Source: Caecitellus pseudoparvulus
Taxonomy: Eukaryota > Protista > Bigyra: Bicosoecida
Length of the DNA stretch: 43,361 nucleotides
Assembly (NCBI GenBank): GCA_965644315.1
Contig: CBFFRQ010000122.1
Location: 1 to 43,361, forward strand
Direction of reading: 5' to 3'
The translations under genes were made by a program, and so were the position numbers. Shown here piece after piece: positions 1 through 12,127 of the stretch. The notes beneath the pieces were generated by a model. The model ran no database searches and was not told the DNA's origin. It saw only the letters and a program-made list of their open reading frames with translations. The first letter of the stretch is position 1. Every line of letters starts with the position of its first letter.

Positions 1-660
1 CACCTCACGATGCCCAGTCAGAGCCAGCAGCTCACGTACCACCTTCGCATGCCCATTCTCACAGGCAAATTGGAACCCAGCCTCTGGCGTGCCCTCGAAA
101 CCCGTATGCACGTCCACCTCACGGTGGCCGGCCAAATTCAGCAGCTCGCGAACCACATCTGCATGCCCGTTCTCACAGGCAAACTGGAAGCCATACTCAG
201 GATAGCCATCAAATCCAGCATGCACGTCCACCTCACGATCGCCTGTCAGAGCCAGCAGCTCGCGAACCACACCAAGGTGCCCATTCGCGCACGCGTATCG
301 GAAGCCAGCCTCAGGCTCCCCTTCGGGTCCTGCGTGCACATCGACTTCACGATGCCCAGTCAGAGCCAGGAGCTCTCGAACAACGCCAAGTTGACCAAAC
401 TGGCAAGCCCATTGAAAGCCAACATCTGGCCCGTCCCAATCTCGATTCCCCGCATGCACATCAACTTCACGATGCCCACTCAAAGCCAGCAGCTCGCGCA
501 CCGCACCCAAATGGCCATTCTGACAGGCAAGTCGGAAGCCATACTCGGGATCTCCCGTTGGCCCAGTGTGCGCATCCACCGTCAGCTCCCCCTCCAACGC
601 CAACAGCGCACGTAGCAGCCCAACATGCCCCGTCTTGCACGCGACCACAAAGCCAGCCGT
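1..660. repeat. Coding tandem repeat, 114-bp period (one 120-bp unit)
   Basis: The motif (c/g/a)ac(c/t)tcacg(a/g)t recurs at 1, 115, 229, 343 and 463. It encodes the 38-40 aa ankyrin units. Confidence 0.9.
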
Positions 661-807
661 TGTCTCATCGCTTGACAACCCTTCCAGACCCGCATCCGTA
701 CCACCACCACACCCCTCCAGCATGCTCAGCAGCACATCTGCATCCTCGCCATCACATGCAGCCTTCCATCGACCCACCATCGACTCTCCACTGCTGCCAT
801 CAGCCAT
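1..807 (-). CDS. Ankyrin-repeat protein (3' partial, runs off the window start)
   Basis: Manual minus-strand translation from ATG 807 is open to position 1: MADGSSGES... followed by at least 6 repeats such as EAGFQFACENGHAKVVRELLALTGHREVDVH (ankyrin A-x-x-x-GH-x-x-VV-x-x-LL pattern). It is not in the ORF track because it has no stop in the window. Confidence 0.9.
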   Translation of the reverse strand, partial: MADGSSGESMVGRWKAACDGEDADVLLSMLEGCGGGTDAGLEGLSSDETTAGFVVACKTGHVGLLRALLALEGELTVDAHTGPTGDPEYGFRLACQNGHLGAVRELLALSGHREVDVHAGNRDWDGPDVGFQWACQFGQLGVVRELLALTGHREVDVHAGPEGEPEAGFRYACANGHLGVVRELLALTGDREVDVHAGFDGYPEYGFQFACENGHADVVRELLNLAGHREVDVHTGFEGTPEAGFQFACENGHAKVVRELLALTGHREV

Positions 808-1222
808 GGCGTGGTGGGTCCAGTTTCCGCACCTGATTCCCTCTCCAAACAAACTCGCCTGCACAGCAGCACAGGCGGCACAGCACAGTTTTACGAAAGC
901 GCCTGCATCATTTTATTCAAGGGAAGCCGAAGACTTCAATGTTGCTTTTTGACGCAGCCAGCACAATCGCACACTTGCTTGGTCCGCATCGCTGCCTGGC
1001 ACGCTCGCGAGCGTGCAAACGGGCTCCAACACAGTGCTCAAAAGGCGACCTGGACCAACGTTGCCCAGCAACCGATCTAAACCATGACTTTAAAGGCCGC
1101 AAGCACGCACCAACAGACACCACGGCTCCCCAGCCGTTTCCAGCATCCCATACGCTATCTCGCTCTCCAATTCCACAAGTCACAAACTCATAGACGCAAT
1201 AAAGTGAGTGTACTTGTGAAAT

Positions 1223-1295
1223 ACCTTGCTAGCTCAGTTGGTAGAGCGTACGACTCTTAATCGTACGGTCACGGGATCGAGACCCGTGTGAGGTG
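1223..1295 (+). tRNA. tRNA-Lys (anticodon CTT)
   Basis: Cloverleaf: acceptor ACCTTGC/GTGAGGT, D arm GCTC-AGTTGGTA-GAGC, anticodon arm TACGA-CTCTTAA-TCGTA, T arm ACGGG-ATCGAGA-CCCGT, discriminator G73. No intron and no encoded CCA. Confidence 0.93.
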
Positions 1296-1296
1296 C

Positions 1297-1302
1297 TTTT
1301 TT
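1297..1302 (+). terminator. RNA polymerase III oligo-T terminator
   Basis: T6 run starting 2 nt after the tRNA discriminator base. Confidence 0.8.
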
Positions 1303-1403
1303 ACATGAAAAATCTCCCGTTTTCGCTCTAAGTACGAGCTGCACCAGCTTCATGCGCGTTTGTGTTACAAGCTGTGCACTTTCCGCATGTATTTGATCGC
1401 TTT

Positions 1404-2036
1404 TTATGTTTTTTTGTCGCCAGTCGCTGTTCCTTCGCGCTTGTCCGGGGCAGGGGCAGGCGATCCGCTGCCACAACAGGTCGGCTGCGGAGATGCCTTC
1501 CGGCCCGCATACTGTGCGCCGAGCAGGAGGGCAGCTCCAGATATGGCGGCTGGTGCATGGAGGGAGTGTGGCACCAGGCAAGGCATAGCTGCGATGGCAC
1601 ATGGTAGGTGGACAGCGGCGATCACGCCCATGCCTGTGAAGCCCGCTGCAGTCAGCACGCCCTGGCCGTGAGCCTTGTGCAAGCGGGCCAGAGACCACGC
1701 CCCAAAAGGGAGCACCAGTCCGAGGCTGCTGTACATGACCACCTCGTGGGCGGCAGCTTCGAGGCCTGGCGGTGCGAGGCTGCCGAGGACTGGCAGTGCG
1801 GCTGTCAGAGCCGGCAGCACTGTGCAGTTGACAGCGCACAGGGTGGCGGCAGCGGAGGCCAGCCCATCGACCTTATCGGGGCTCGCCTGGCTGGCGAAGT
1901 TGCTGCGTTGCCTGGTGTGCGTCGGGTGCGGGAGCAATTGCTTGCCCAGCGTCCCCGGCACAGCGTGCACCAGCACACTGCGCACTCGCTGCCGTGCCGC
2001 CCCCCGCGCCAGCCTGGAAAATGAGATAGGGTTCAT
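1404..2036 (-). CDS. MerC-like (PF03203-type) membrane protein with Arg-rich N-terminal extension
   Basis: Intronless 210 aa. D-x-L-x-x-x-A-x-x-LCAVNC-x-x-LP in the first hydrophobic helix, about 4 TM segments, a His-rich loop (LHKAH), G-A-A-LLL-x-A-x-Y near the end, and a C-terminal CC pair. Confidence 0.72.
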   Translation of the reverse strand: MNPISFSRLARGAARQRVRSVLVHAVPGTLGKQLLPHPTHTRQRSNFASQASPDKVDGLASAAATLCAVNCTVLPALTAALPVLGSLAPPGLEAAAHEVVMYSSLGLVLPFGAWSLARLHKAHGQGVLTAAGFTGMGVIAAVHLPCAIAAMPCLVPHSLHAPAAISGAALLLGAQYAGRKASPQPTCCGSGSPAPAPDKREGTATGDKKT

Positions 2037-2430
2037 GCCAGTAGTGTGCTTCCGGCCTAGACCCTGACCAGTTCACCGGGCAGCCTCGTGGCTGCAGCGC
2101 TTGTATTCCCACGCACACCGCCGCCGATGCCGCACAGCACCAGACTCTTCAGCACGCGTCCCTGACAGCACCAACACCCGTTCCGTAACGTACACGCGAT
2201 TCGGACCATATGGAGAAAGTGTGAGCGGGCGTGAATTTTTATTCGTGTTGCGTTTTGTGGCGTTCACTGCACTGTGCTTGTTTGCCGACCCTCGGCGAAA
2301 TGTACGCCTCCACACTTGCAAGCGCGACAATGTGCGGAGGAAAGACCGATGCCCGCAATAAAACCCACCAATGCCCCTTCACTACCTTGTCCCTCTTCTT
2401 CCCCATATGCTCGCTTTGACAACATCCGCC

Positions 2431-4817
<2,387 letters not shown>

Positions 4818-5756
4818 GCCCTGTCCTTGGGGCTCGCATCGAACGGCAGCCAATTCACGTTCAAGTCGCTTTGGACTGCTGGCTGCGTGTCCTCCGTAGT
4901 CGGCAGAGGAGCGCTAGCAGGCGCTGCCGAGGCAGCCGAAGTAAGCAGTCCTTCATCTGGTGCTGGAGGCGTTGATGGTGTGCTTTCTGAATGCGAAGTT
5001 TGTGCTGGGCCTTCACGGTTATCATGTGACAAACAGGTGCACGTGCTGTGCCGGGCCACAGGCCAACGCGGCGCTCACTGCCAGCAGAACTGCTGCGCAG
5101 GCAACTGGACGAAGGTGTACCCTGGCAATCCGGGTGGCTGCCTCGCCCCAACCACGTTTTGGGGAGCTCTTGGGGGTGCTGGACCTGCCGTGCTTGCTGG
5201 CGGATTTAGAGACAGCAACAGTGGCGCTCTGTGTCACTCTGCTCGAATGCAGCAGGTCTTCGGCCCTGGTAAAGAATCGCCACGGGCGGCCGGGCAAAGA
5301 TTCAGCACTCTCAACTGATGCAGACTTCCCCGTGCCCTGGCTCCGTCATGGTGAGCGCTTCAGGTGGTGGGAATGGGGCCAGCGAATGACTCTGGCGGTC
5401 CGGCGCTGATGCTCCTGCGTAGCCTGCAAACGCTCAACTGCAGTGGGCTCCGACGATACTCGTGCATCAATGAAGTGTAAATATGGGCAAGTGCTCTGCA
5501 TCTTTGCCATGAACTTCATTTTGCGTGCATTGCCTTGGCGCTTTGCAACCCAGCCACTTGGCCTTCTCCGCAGCTGGCCATGCCGGAGGTGGCACCTGAG
5601 GCCGACGCATACATCTCAAGGAATGTACAAGTGCGCAACTCGTACTGGCAGGGCCACCGTGTCCCAGCTTGTCTGCACTGCCGCCTGGCACACCCTCCGG
5701 CAACGTGCCACACACTTTGCGCCAAGCCAGAGAAGCGTGCTGGCTCCACGCCCAAC

Positions 5757-8700
5757 ATGGCTGCAGGACCTGCCACGGTGGAGGACAAAGTGAAGGTTGC
5801 TGTGAGGGTTCGGCCACTGCTGGGTGCCGAGGCGGGAAGTGACGCAGCATGGCAGGTGAAGGGCAGCAGCATCGAAGGCGCGGGGCGCGGTGGGCGCTTC
5901 GAGTTCGGTGCGTGCCTTGCCGCCGGCTGGGCTGCGCTTCGCCTCATCTGCATGGGCTCGCTGCGCTGTGTTTGTAGAGCATGTGTTTGACTCTGACCAG
6001 GACACTGCCAGTGTCTTTGACGCCATCGGCTCGGAAATCGTCGATGGCACGCTTGCGGGATTTGACGGTTAGTGCCGCAACGGACGCTGACACAGGGAGG
6101 CCTGCCACACGAAACGGGGCGCGACGCCGCAGGCACAATCTTTGCATATGGCCAGACAGCATCTGGCAAGACGCACACTATGATGGGTGCGTGACGGCAT
6201 CGCCTCTGTGTCGCTGCACGCCGAGCACTCACCACCACACACGCGTCCCGCCACGGCAGGTGACGAGGGGTGCCCAGGCATCATCCCTCACGCAGTGCGG
6301 CGCATCATGCAGGCCATCCAAGCCGACGCGGACCGCATGTTCCTTGTGCGGTGCTCCTTCCTCGAGCTGTACAACGAGGAGCTGCGGGACTTGGCCCAGG
6401 AAGGCACGCCTTCCGTGCGCCTGCGCATCCATCCCAAGGTGAGGCGGCCGCCGGCCCTGCGCTGCCACCGCGCGCCACGTCCACGCCATCCGCATCGCCG
6501 CAGACAGGAGTCTTTGTGGACGGCGCACAGTGGGTGTCAGTGCGCAGTGAGCAGGAGGTGCTGGCCCTGGTGCAGGCGTGCTCGGCTCGCCGGGCTGTCG
6601 CTGCGACAGACATGAACGCGCGATCCAGTCGCAGCCATAGCATCCTGACACTAGAAGTGTCCAGCTCCCTCCAGCACGACGCAGCAGGCACGGGGGGCAC
6701 CCTCTTCGCCAAGCTGAACCTGGTGGACTTGGCGGGGTCGGAGTCTGTGCGGGTGACGGGGGCAGCGGGCGCCCGCCTGAAGGAGGGTGCCGCCATCAAC
6801 CGCTCCCTGCTCACCCTCAGCCGCATCATCAGCATGGTGTCCACGGGCGCCACGTCAGGCTTCATCCCCTTCCGCGAGAGCCGCCTGACGCACCTGCTGG
6901 AGCCCTCCCTGCGAGGCCAGTGCCGCACCGCCGTCATCTGCTGCATGTCCCCTGCGCCGGCGTACGTGGAGGAGAGTCGCAGCACGCTGCAGTTCGCGAC
7001 GTCCGCCAAGGCCATCACGACGCGGGCGACGCGCACGGAGGTGGTGGACGACTCCACCCGCATCGCACGCATGGCCAAGGAGATCGCTGCGCTCAAGTCC
7101 CAGCTGGCGGCAGCCACCAGCGACTCCGCCAGCACTGGCACCGGCGGCGGCCACAACGAAGAACAGAAGCACCGCCTGGCGACCCTGCTGCAGGAGCTGA
7201 TTGTGGGAGGCGGCACGCACGCCGCCAGTGCTGGTGGGGCACCTCCCCTGCAGCCCGCCACGGCCCGTGGTCGCACCGTGCTGGATGTGGCTCGCCTGAA
7301 CCAGCGAGGGCGGGTGGGTCGCGCACGAGAGACATGGTGCCCCTCCATGGCCTCTGACAGTGCTGCTGTCGCTGCGCTGGAGGCGTTCCGGGCGCCGGCA
7401 CGACAGACTGGCGGCAGCCCCGCCCACGCCTCATTCCACAGTGGCAGCTCCCCACTGCACTCGCCCGGCGTGCGAAGCAGCGTCAGTGCATCACGCCTGA
7501 GCAGTGGAGGGTGCAGCACTGCCAGTGGCATGAGCAGCGCCAGCACCGCCTCCGCGGGGACGGTGGATGAGGACGGCGCACTGCAGATGGAGCTGCACAC
7601 GGCACGTGCAGAGGCTGCGGCGCTGCGTGCTGAGGCTGCCGCCACAGCTGAGCACCTGGAGCGTCTGCTGGCGGCAGAGGAGGAGGCGGAAGACACCATC
7701 CAAGAGCTGAAGCGCAGCCTGCTGGCGGCGGAGACAGCGGCGGAGGGCGCTGGTGAGCTGCGTGAGGCGTTGGACGTCGCCCTGGGCCGCGCGGAGGCGG
7801 CAGAGGCGGCCAGTGCAGCCCTGCAGCAACAAGTGGCCACTGCTGCAGCGAGCGTGGAGGCGGCGGAGGAGGAGGCAGATGCCTGGCGCCGCCGGGCAGA
7901 GGCCGCTGAGAGCGCTGCAGCTCGGCGTGTGGAGGACAGCGCCGCGACAGCTGCTGCGCACCGCCGGCGCGTGGCGGAGCTGGAGCAGCAGGTGGCCGCC
8001 CTGTCTGATGCGTTGAGCACGTCCCAGGCCAGCCTGTCCACGGCGCAGGCGCGTGTGGCGAAGCTGGACAAGGTGAAGATGACCCGGGCGCACCTGGACA
8101 CCATGGCGCGGCTCAAGGCTGACAAGCAGCGGTACAAAGCACTTGCCAAGCAATTGCAGGAGCAGCTGGAGGACGCCGCCGCAGGAGCCGCAGCGTCCCC
8201 TGATGTGGCGGCCTTGCAAGCGCAGACAGCAGCGGCAGAGGAGGCTGGCGCAGCGGCGGCGGCAGAGGCGGAAGCAGCAGCGGAGGAGGCTGCCGCGGCA
8301 GCACGCCGGGCGGATGCCGCCACTGCGGAAGCGGCTGCGGTGCGGGGCGAGATGGAGAGCCAGACAGCTGCCCTGGCGGCACTGCAGGTGGAGGTGGCAG
8401 CTCTGGTGGCGGCGGCAGGGGGCGCTGCACAGCACGGCCTGGACACGGGGGGACTGCCCCAGGATGCCGCCACCAGCGTGGACAGTGCCACACGCGGCGT
8501 GCGCGCCGCCTCTGCGCTGTGTGGCGCCCTGCTCAAGCGCCTGCAGGACGCCGCTGCGGAGAAAGACAGCAACACGGCACGGCTGGTGCGCCTGGCTCAG
8601 GCTGGGCGAGCAGCGGATGCAGCGGTGGAGGCGGCTCAGGCGCGTGCGAAGGAGGCGGCTGCCGAGGCGGAACAGGCACGGGCCACTGCTGCGGATCTGA

Positions 8701-9174
8701 CGCAGCAGCTCGCGGACATGCAGCAGGTGCAAGCGGATGCAGCCAAGGCTGTGGCCGCGGCGGAGGCTGCCACGGCTGAAGCTGCCTCTGCTGCTGAAGC
8801 AGTGGCTGCGGCAGAGGCTGCCACGGCAGCTGCCGAGGCACGAGCGACTGCGGCAGAGGAGGCGGCTGCCGCGGCACGTGCTGCGCTGCAGGAGGCCAAG
8901 GCTGACGCGCGACGCAGCGGCGAGATCCTGGAACGGGAGAATGTGCAGCTGCTGATTGAGCTGCGGTCGGTGCGGGCTCAGGCAGCAGCAGCGGCGGCGA
9001 CAGCCCAGGCGCCGGCACCAGCGCCGTCCAGCGCCCGCTCCATCTGGCAAGGCTGTCTTGACGCCGGTGCAGCCCAACACCCCCGTCGCGCCGGTATCCA
9101 GCCACAAGGCGCCGCCTCTGCAGGGGGCGGGGGTGGGCGAGGAGGAGGAGGCGGGTGAGTGCCAGCAGCAGTGA
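5757..9174 (+). CDS. Kinesin-7 / CENP-E-like motor protein
   Basis: Exons 5757-5907, 5978-6067, 6133-6186, 6260-6438, 6504 onward. Motifs VKVAVRVRP, GTIFAYGQTASGKT, NARSSRSH, DLAGSE, RETWCP, then a long Ala/Glu coiled coil. As assembled the stop is at 9158; the probable true end is ...GECQQQ* at 9174 after a frameshift near 9027. Confidence 0.9.
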
Positions 9175-9247
9175 TGGTGCTGGCAGTCACGTGACGTGTG
9201 TTGCAATGCAGAGCGCCGCTGTCGCGTGGGCAGGTGCATTGGGTCGG

Positions 9248-11596
9248 TCATTCGGAGCTCGGGGCCAGGGTGAGGTCAAAGGACTGCGCCTCGCCCGCCG
9301 CCAAGTCCACGGCAGTGGCCATGTGGCGCGCAGCGAGGGGGTTGGGGCCGGCGCTGGCAGGCACGCCCAGGTCCAGCGCCGCGACACAGGGTGTGGCCAC
9401 GAGGCGCCCCGCGCTGAACTGCAGCAGCAGGTGCGGCAGGGCGCGGGCGTCCCACGTCACGGCCACCCCCGCCCCGCCGTGCAGGGCAGAGGTGAGGGTG
9501 AAGGCGCCCTCCTCCACGCCACACACCTGCACGGTGCCAGCCAGGGGCTTGGCGCTGCCTTGGGGCAGGGCAGGGAGGGAGGTGAGGTCCAGAGGTGCCC
9601 GGCCCGCACCCCGGCCAGCGCCTGCCCCCGCCACTGCCACCGGCACAGAGGCCAGGGAGGTGAAGTTCTGCGCGGGGGCCAGGGCGGTGGTGGCCTGGCC
9701 GTCGGCGACAGCGGCGTAAGGAGCCGTCGTGCCGTACTCGAAGGCGCCGATGGAGAGGTGCGCGGCGTCTGCGTCACCCTGAGGCAGGCGCAGGGCCACA
9801 GGCAGGCCCAGCGGCAGCCGCACGTCCTCACGTGGCGTGACGGTGGTGGTGATGGTCACCCCACTGCCCCCCGTCCGAGCTGCGATGACGCGGCGAAGGG
9901 AGGCTAGTGGGTGCCCGGCAGGCAGGCTGCAGGACAGCACCAGCCTGGCATTGGCGGCATCCACCAGGTCAGGCACAGACGCCAGGCTGCCGCTCTGCAC
10001 CTCCGACCCCGCCTCCTCCACAGCCCAGGCCAGGTGTGCGGCCGCGCCGTCCATGACAGCACCCAGGTCTGTCACGGCAGCTGCCCGCACCGCTGCGCCA
10101 TGAGCGCCCTCGGCAGGTGCAGGCGTGCTCGCGGCGGCAGCGGCGCCCCACTCCCCAGACACCTTTGTCAGAGTGCGCGTGCCGCCCAGAGGCACGGCGG
10201 CACCTGCGCCGTGCACAAGGTCCAGGGGGGTGCCGTGCCCGGTGAAGTGTGGCACCACGACGCCCCCCACAGCATGCACCGTCACGTGCCCCCCAGAGCA
10301 CGGCAGTGTCCACACGTCCCCCTCCAGGGCGGCGTCAGACACCGCCCCCAGCAACGGCTCCTGGCCAGGGGACGCCGCCCCCGCTGCTGCAGCCGCCGCA
10401 GCCACGTCTGCGGCAGCGGTGGGGTCTGCCAGCGCCCCCGCGAGTCCAGTGGCGCGCGGCAGCAGGCGTGCCCAGCCCCCTGCGTCCCCCACCACCGCCA
10501 CATCGCCGCGGGTGTCGTAGGAGAGACACGAGACAGAGGGCGTGGCCCCCGCCCCCGCCGTCGGCGCTGCCACTCGCAGCAGGGGCAGGCACAGGGCGCC
10601 GGCGTCATCCCGCGACACGCTGCGCAGCGCCACGGCGCCGTCGGTCCACCCCGTCATGAGGATGCCGTGTGCCGCTGCAAAGGTGCACGCGGTGATGCGG
10701 GCACTGGACCGCCCCTGCCCCGCCAGCTCCTCTGCCAGGTCCAGCACCTGTGTCTTGCCGCTGGCGATGTCCCACACCTGCAGCGCCTGGCCGCCCGTGG
10801 CCACCCCCAGCAGGGCCTTGAAGCCGTCCAGAGGCGCCAGGGACGCCAGGCCTGTCGCGCCTGCCTCCACCAGGGACGCCGACAGGCCCTTGGCGCCCAG
10901 CCACGTGCCGTCCTTCAACGCGTACAGGTGCACGGCGCCACAGGCGTGCCCCACGGCCAGCACGGGCTTGGCGGCGCTGCCAAAGGTGGCCAGGGACACG
11001 ACACGCGCGTCGGCGTCGGCTGACAAGGCGGCTGAGGCGGGGGGGGCGTACGCAGTCACAGGGCGCTCTCGCCCCATGAGCGTGTACAGAGCGGCGGTGC
11101 CGTCGGCATGCCCGACGAGGAAATGGTCATGCCCCCACACGCCCACAGACGTGACGATGCCCGTGCCACCCCCCACGGAGGCCGACGCAGGCGCCGTGCC
11201 AGGCGTGGCCCCGGCACTCGCAGCCTGCGCAGCGGTGGCGATGGTTTTGACCAGAGACAGGTGCTCAGTGTCCAGAATCTGCGTCGTGCCGGCGGTGGTG
11301 CCGACGACCAGCACGTTGCCCAGCATGGTGGCAGCTGCCGTGGCTGAGCAGGTGATGCGCTCCGCGTCAAACACCGTGCGCACACGGCGGTCACCTGCGG
11401 GGTGCGGCCAGCGCGGCGTGGTTGGCTAGCGCACTGGTGCAGGTCAATTCCCGCACGCCACGCCAGCGCACTCACTGGTGCGCGGGTTGTAGCTCGTCAC
11501 GTGCGACTCCGACACCACCAGTAGGGAGGGGCTCTTGCCCTTGATCCTGTCAAGGTACGCCCCCAGCACTTTGCCCTCTCCTGCCTCGCCAAACAT
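9248..11596 (-). CDS. WD40-like beta-propeller fused to a galactose-mutarotase-like domain
   Basis: Exons 11596-11476 and 11394-9248 (intron GTGAGT...CCGCAG). The N-terminal half has repeated VG-x-x-DG/AG-x-x-x-L-Y/W-D blades. The C-terminal ~355 aa resemble bacterial aldose-epimerase-like hypothetical proteins (HPLASLRR, LPLGL, VTWDA..LP, PNPLA). Confidence 0.75.
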
Positions 11597-12106
11597 GGCG
11601 GCGGAGGAGGCGGCCTGCGCAGGGGTGGGAGGAGGCAAGGAGCTACTGAGCCAGGTGCCCCGCCAGTGCAGCCGCTCGCATGCCGCACCTTGCTGCTTGA
11701 GGAGCCCATGATGAGTCGGGTGTGGACAGGGACGGCAGGGCCACTTCCGGCTGCAGTGCAGTGCAGGTGAAGAAGGCCGCCGCAAGCAAGTCACGCAAAC
11801 GAGCTTCTGCGGCGAGAAAGGGAGAGAATGCCACTGCGGGGCCGCGCCCTGGGGCATGTGTTGAAGGGGTTGCCTGTGGAGTGCACGGAAAATGAGCCAC
11901 GCCTGGTTTTGCGTTTCGGGAGCACAACAGCAGCCCCAAACTGTGTGCACGGTCCGAGCGACTTCAGGTCTCACTGCGCTATCTCGCCCACTTCGCATGG
12001 GGGAGGAAACTCGACAATTTAATCAATTTCAATGTTCCACACTGGTCCTGTCCCCAACGGCCAAAACCCTCCAATTGCACCTTGCGTGGCCTGGCCGCTG
12101 CTCGTA

Positions 12107-12115
12107 TGCGGAAAT
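12107..12115 (+). promoter_or_regulatory. Recurrent TGCGGAAAT motif, just upstream of the HisRS ATG
   Basis: Exact 9-mer ending 13 nt before ATG 12128. Confidence 0.5.
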
Positions 12116-12127
12116 CGAATGCAAGTC

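Noticed and set aside
10-615. Repetitive 201-aa plus-strand ORF
   Set aside because: It is the antisense shadow of the minus-strand ankyrin gene, which carries the recognisable consensus.
1-660. 114-bp periodic repeats as a CRISPR-like array
   Set aside because: The units are degenerate over their whole length, multiples of 3, and encode protein. There are no repeat-spacer boundaries or cas genes.
1234-1839. 201-aa minus-strand ORF crossing the tRNA
   Set aside because: It is an alternative frame of the MerC-like gene running antisense through a tRNA and has no motifs.
6305-9251. Long antisense ORFs (756 aa and 586 aa) over the kinesin
   Set aside because: These are expected shadows of GC-rich Ala/Glu codon usage. 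The same applies to most other short ORFs in the track.
11707-11775. ATGATGA box C-like sequence in the WD40/HisRS spacer
   Set aside because: No matching CTGA box D or terminal stem was found at a suitable distance.
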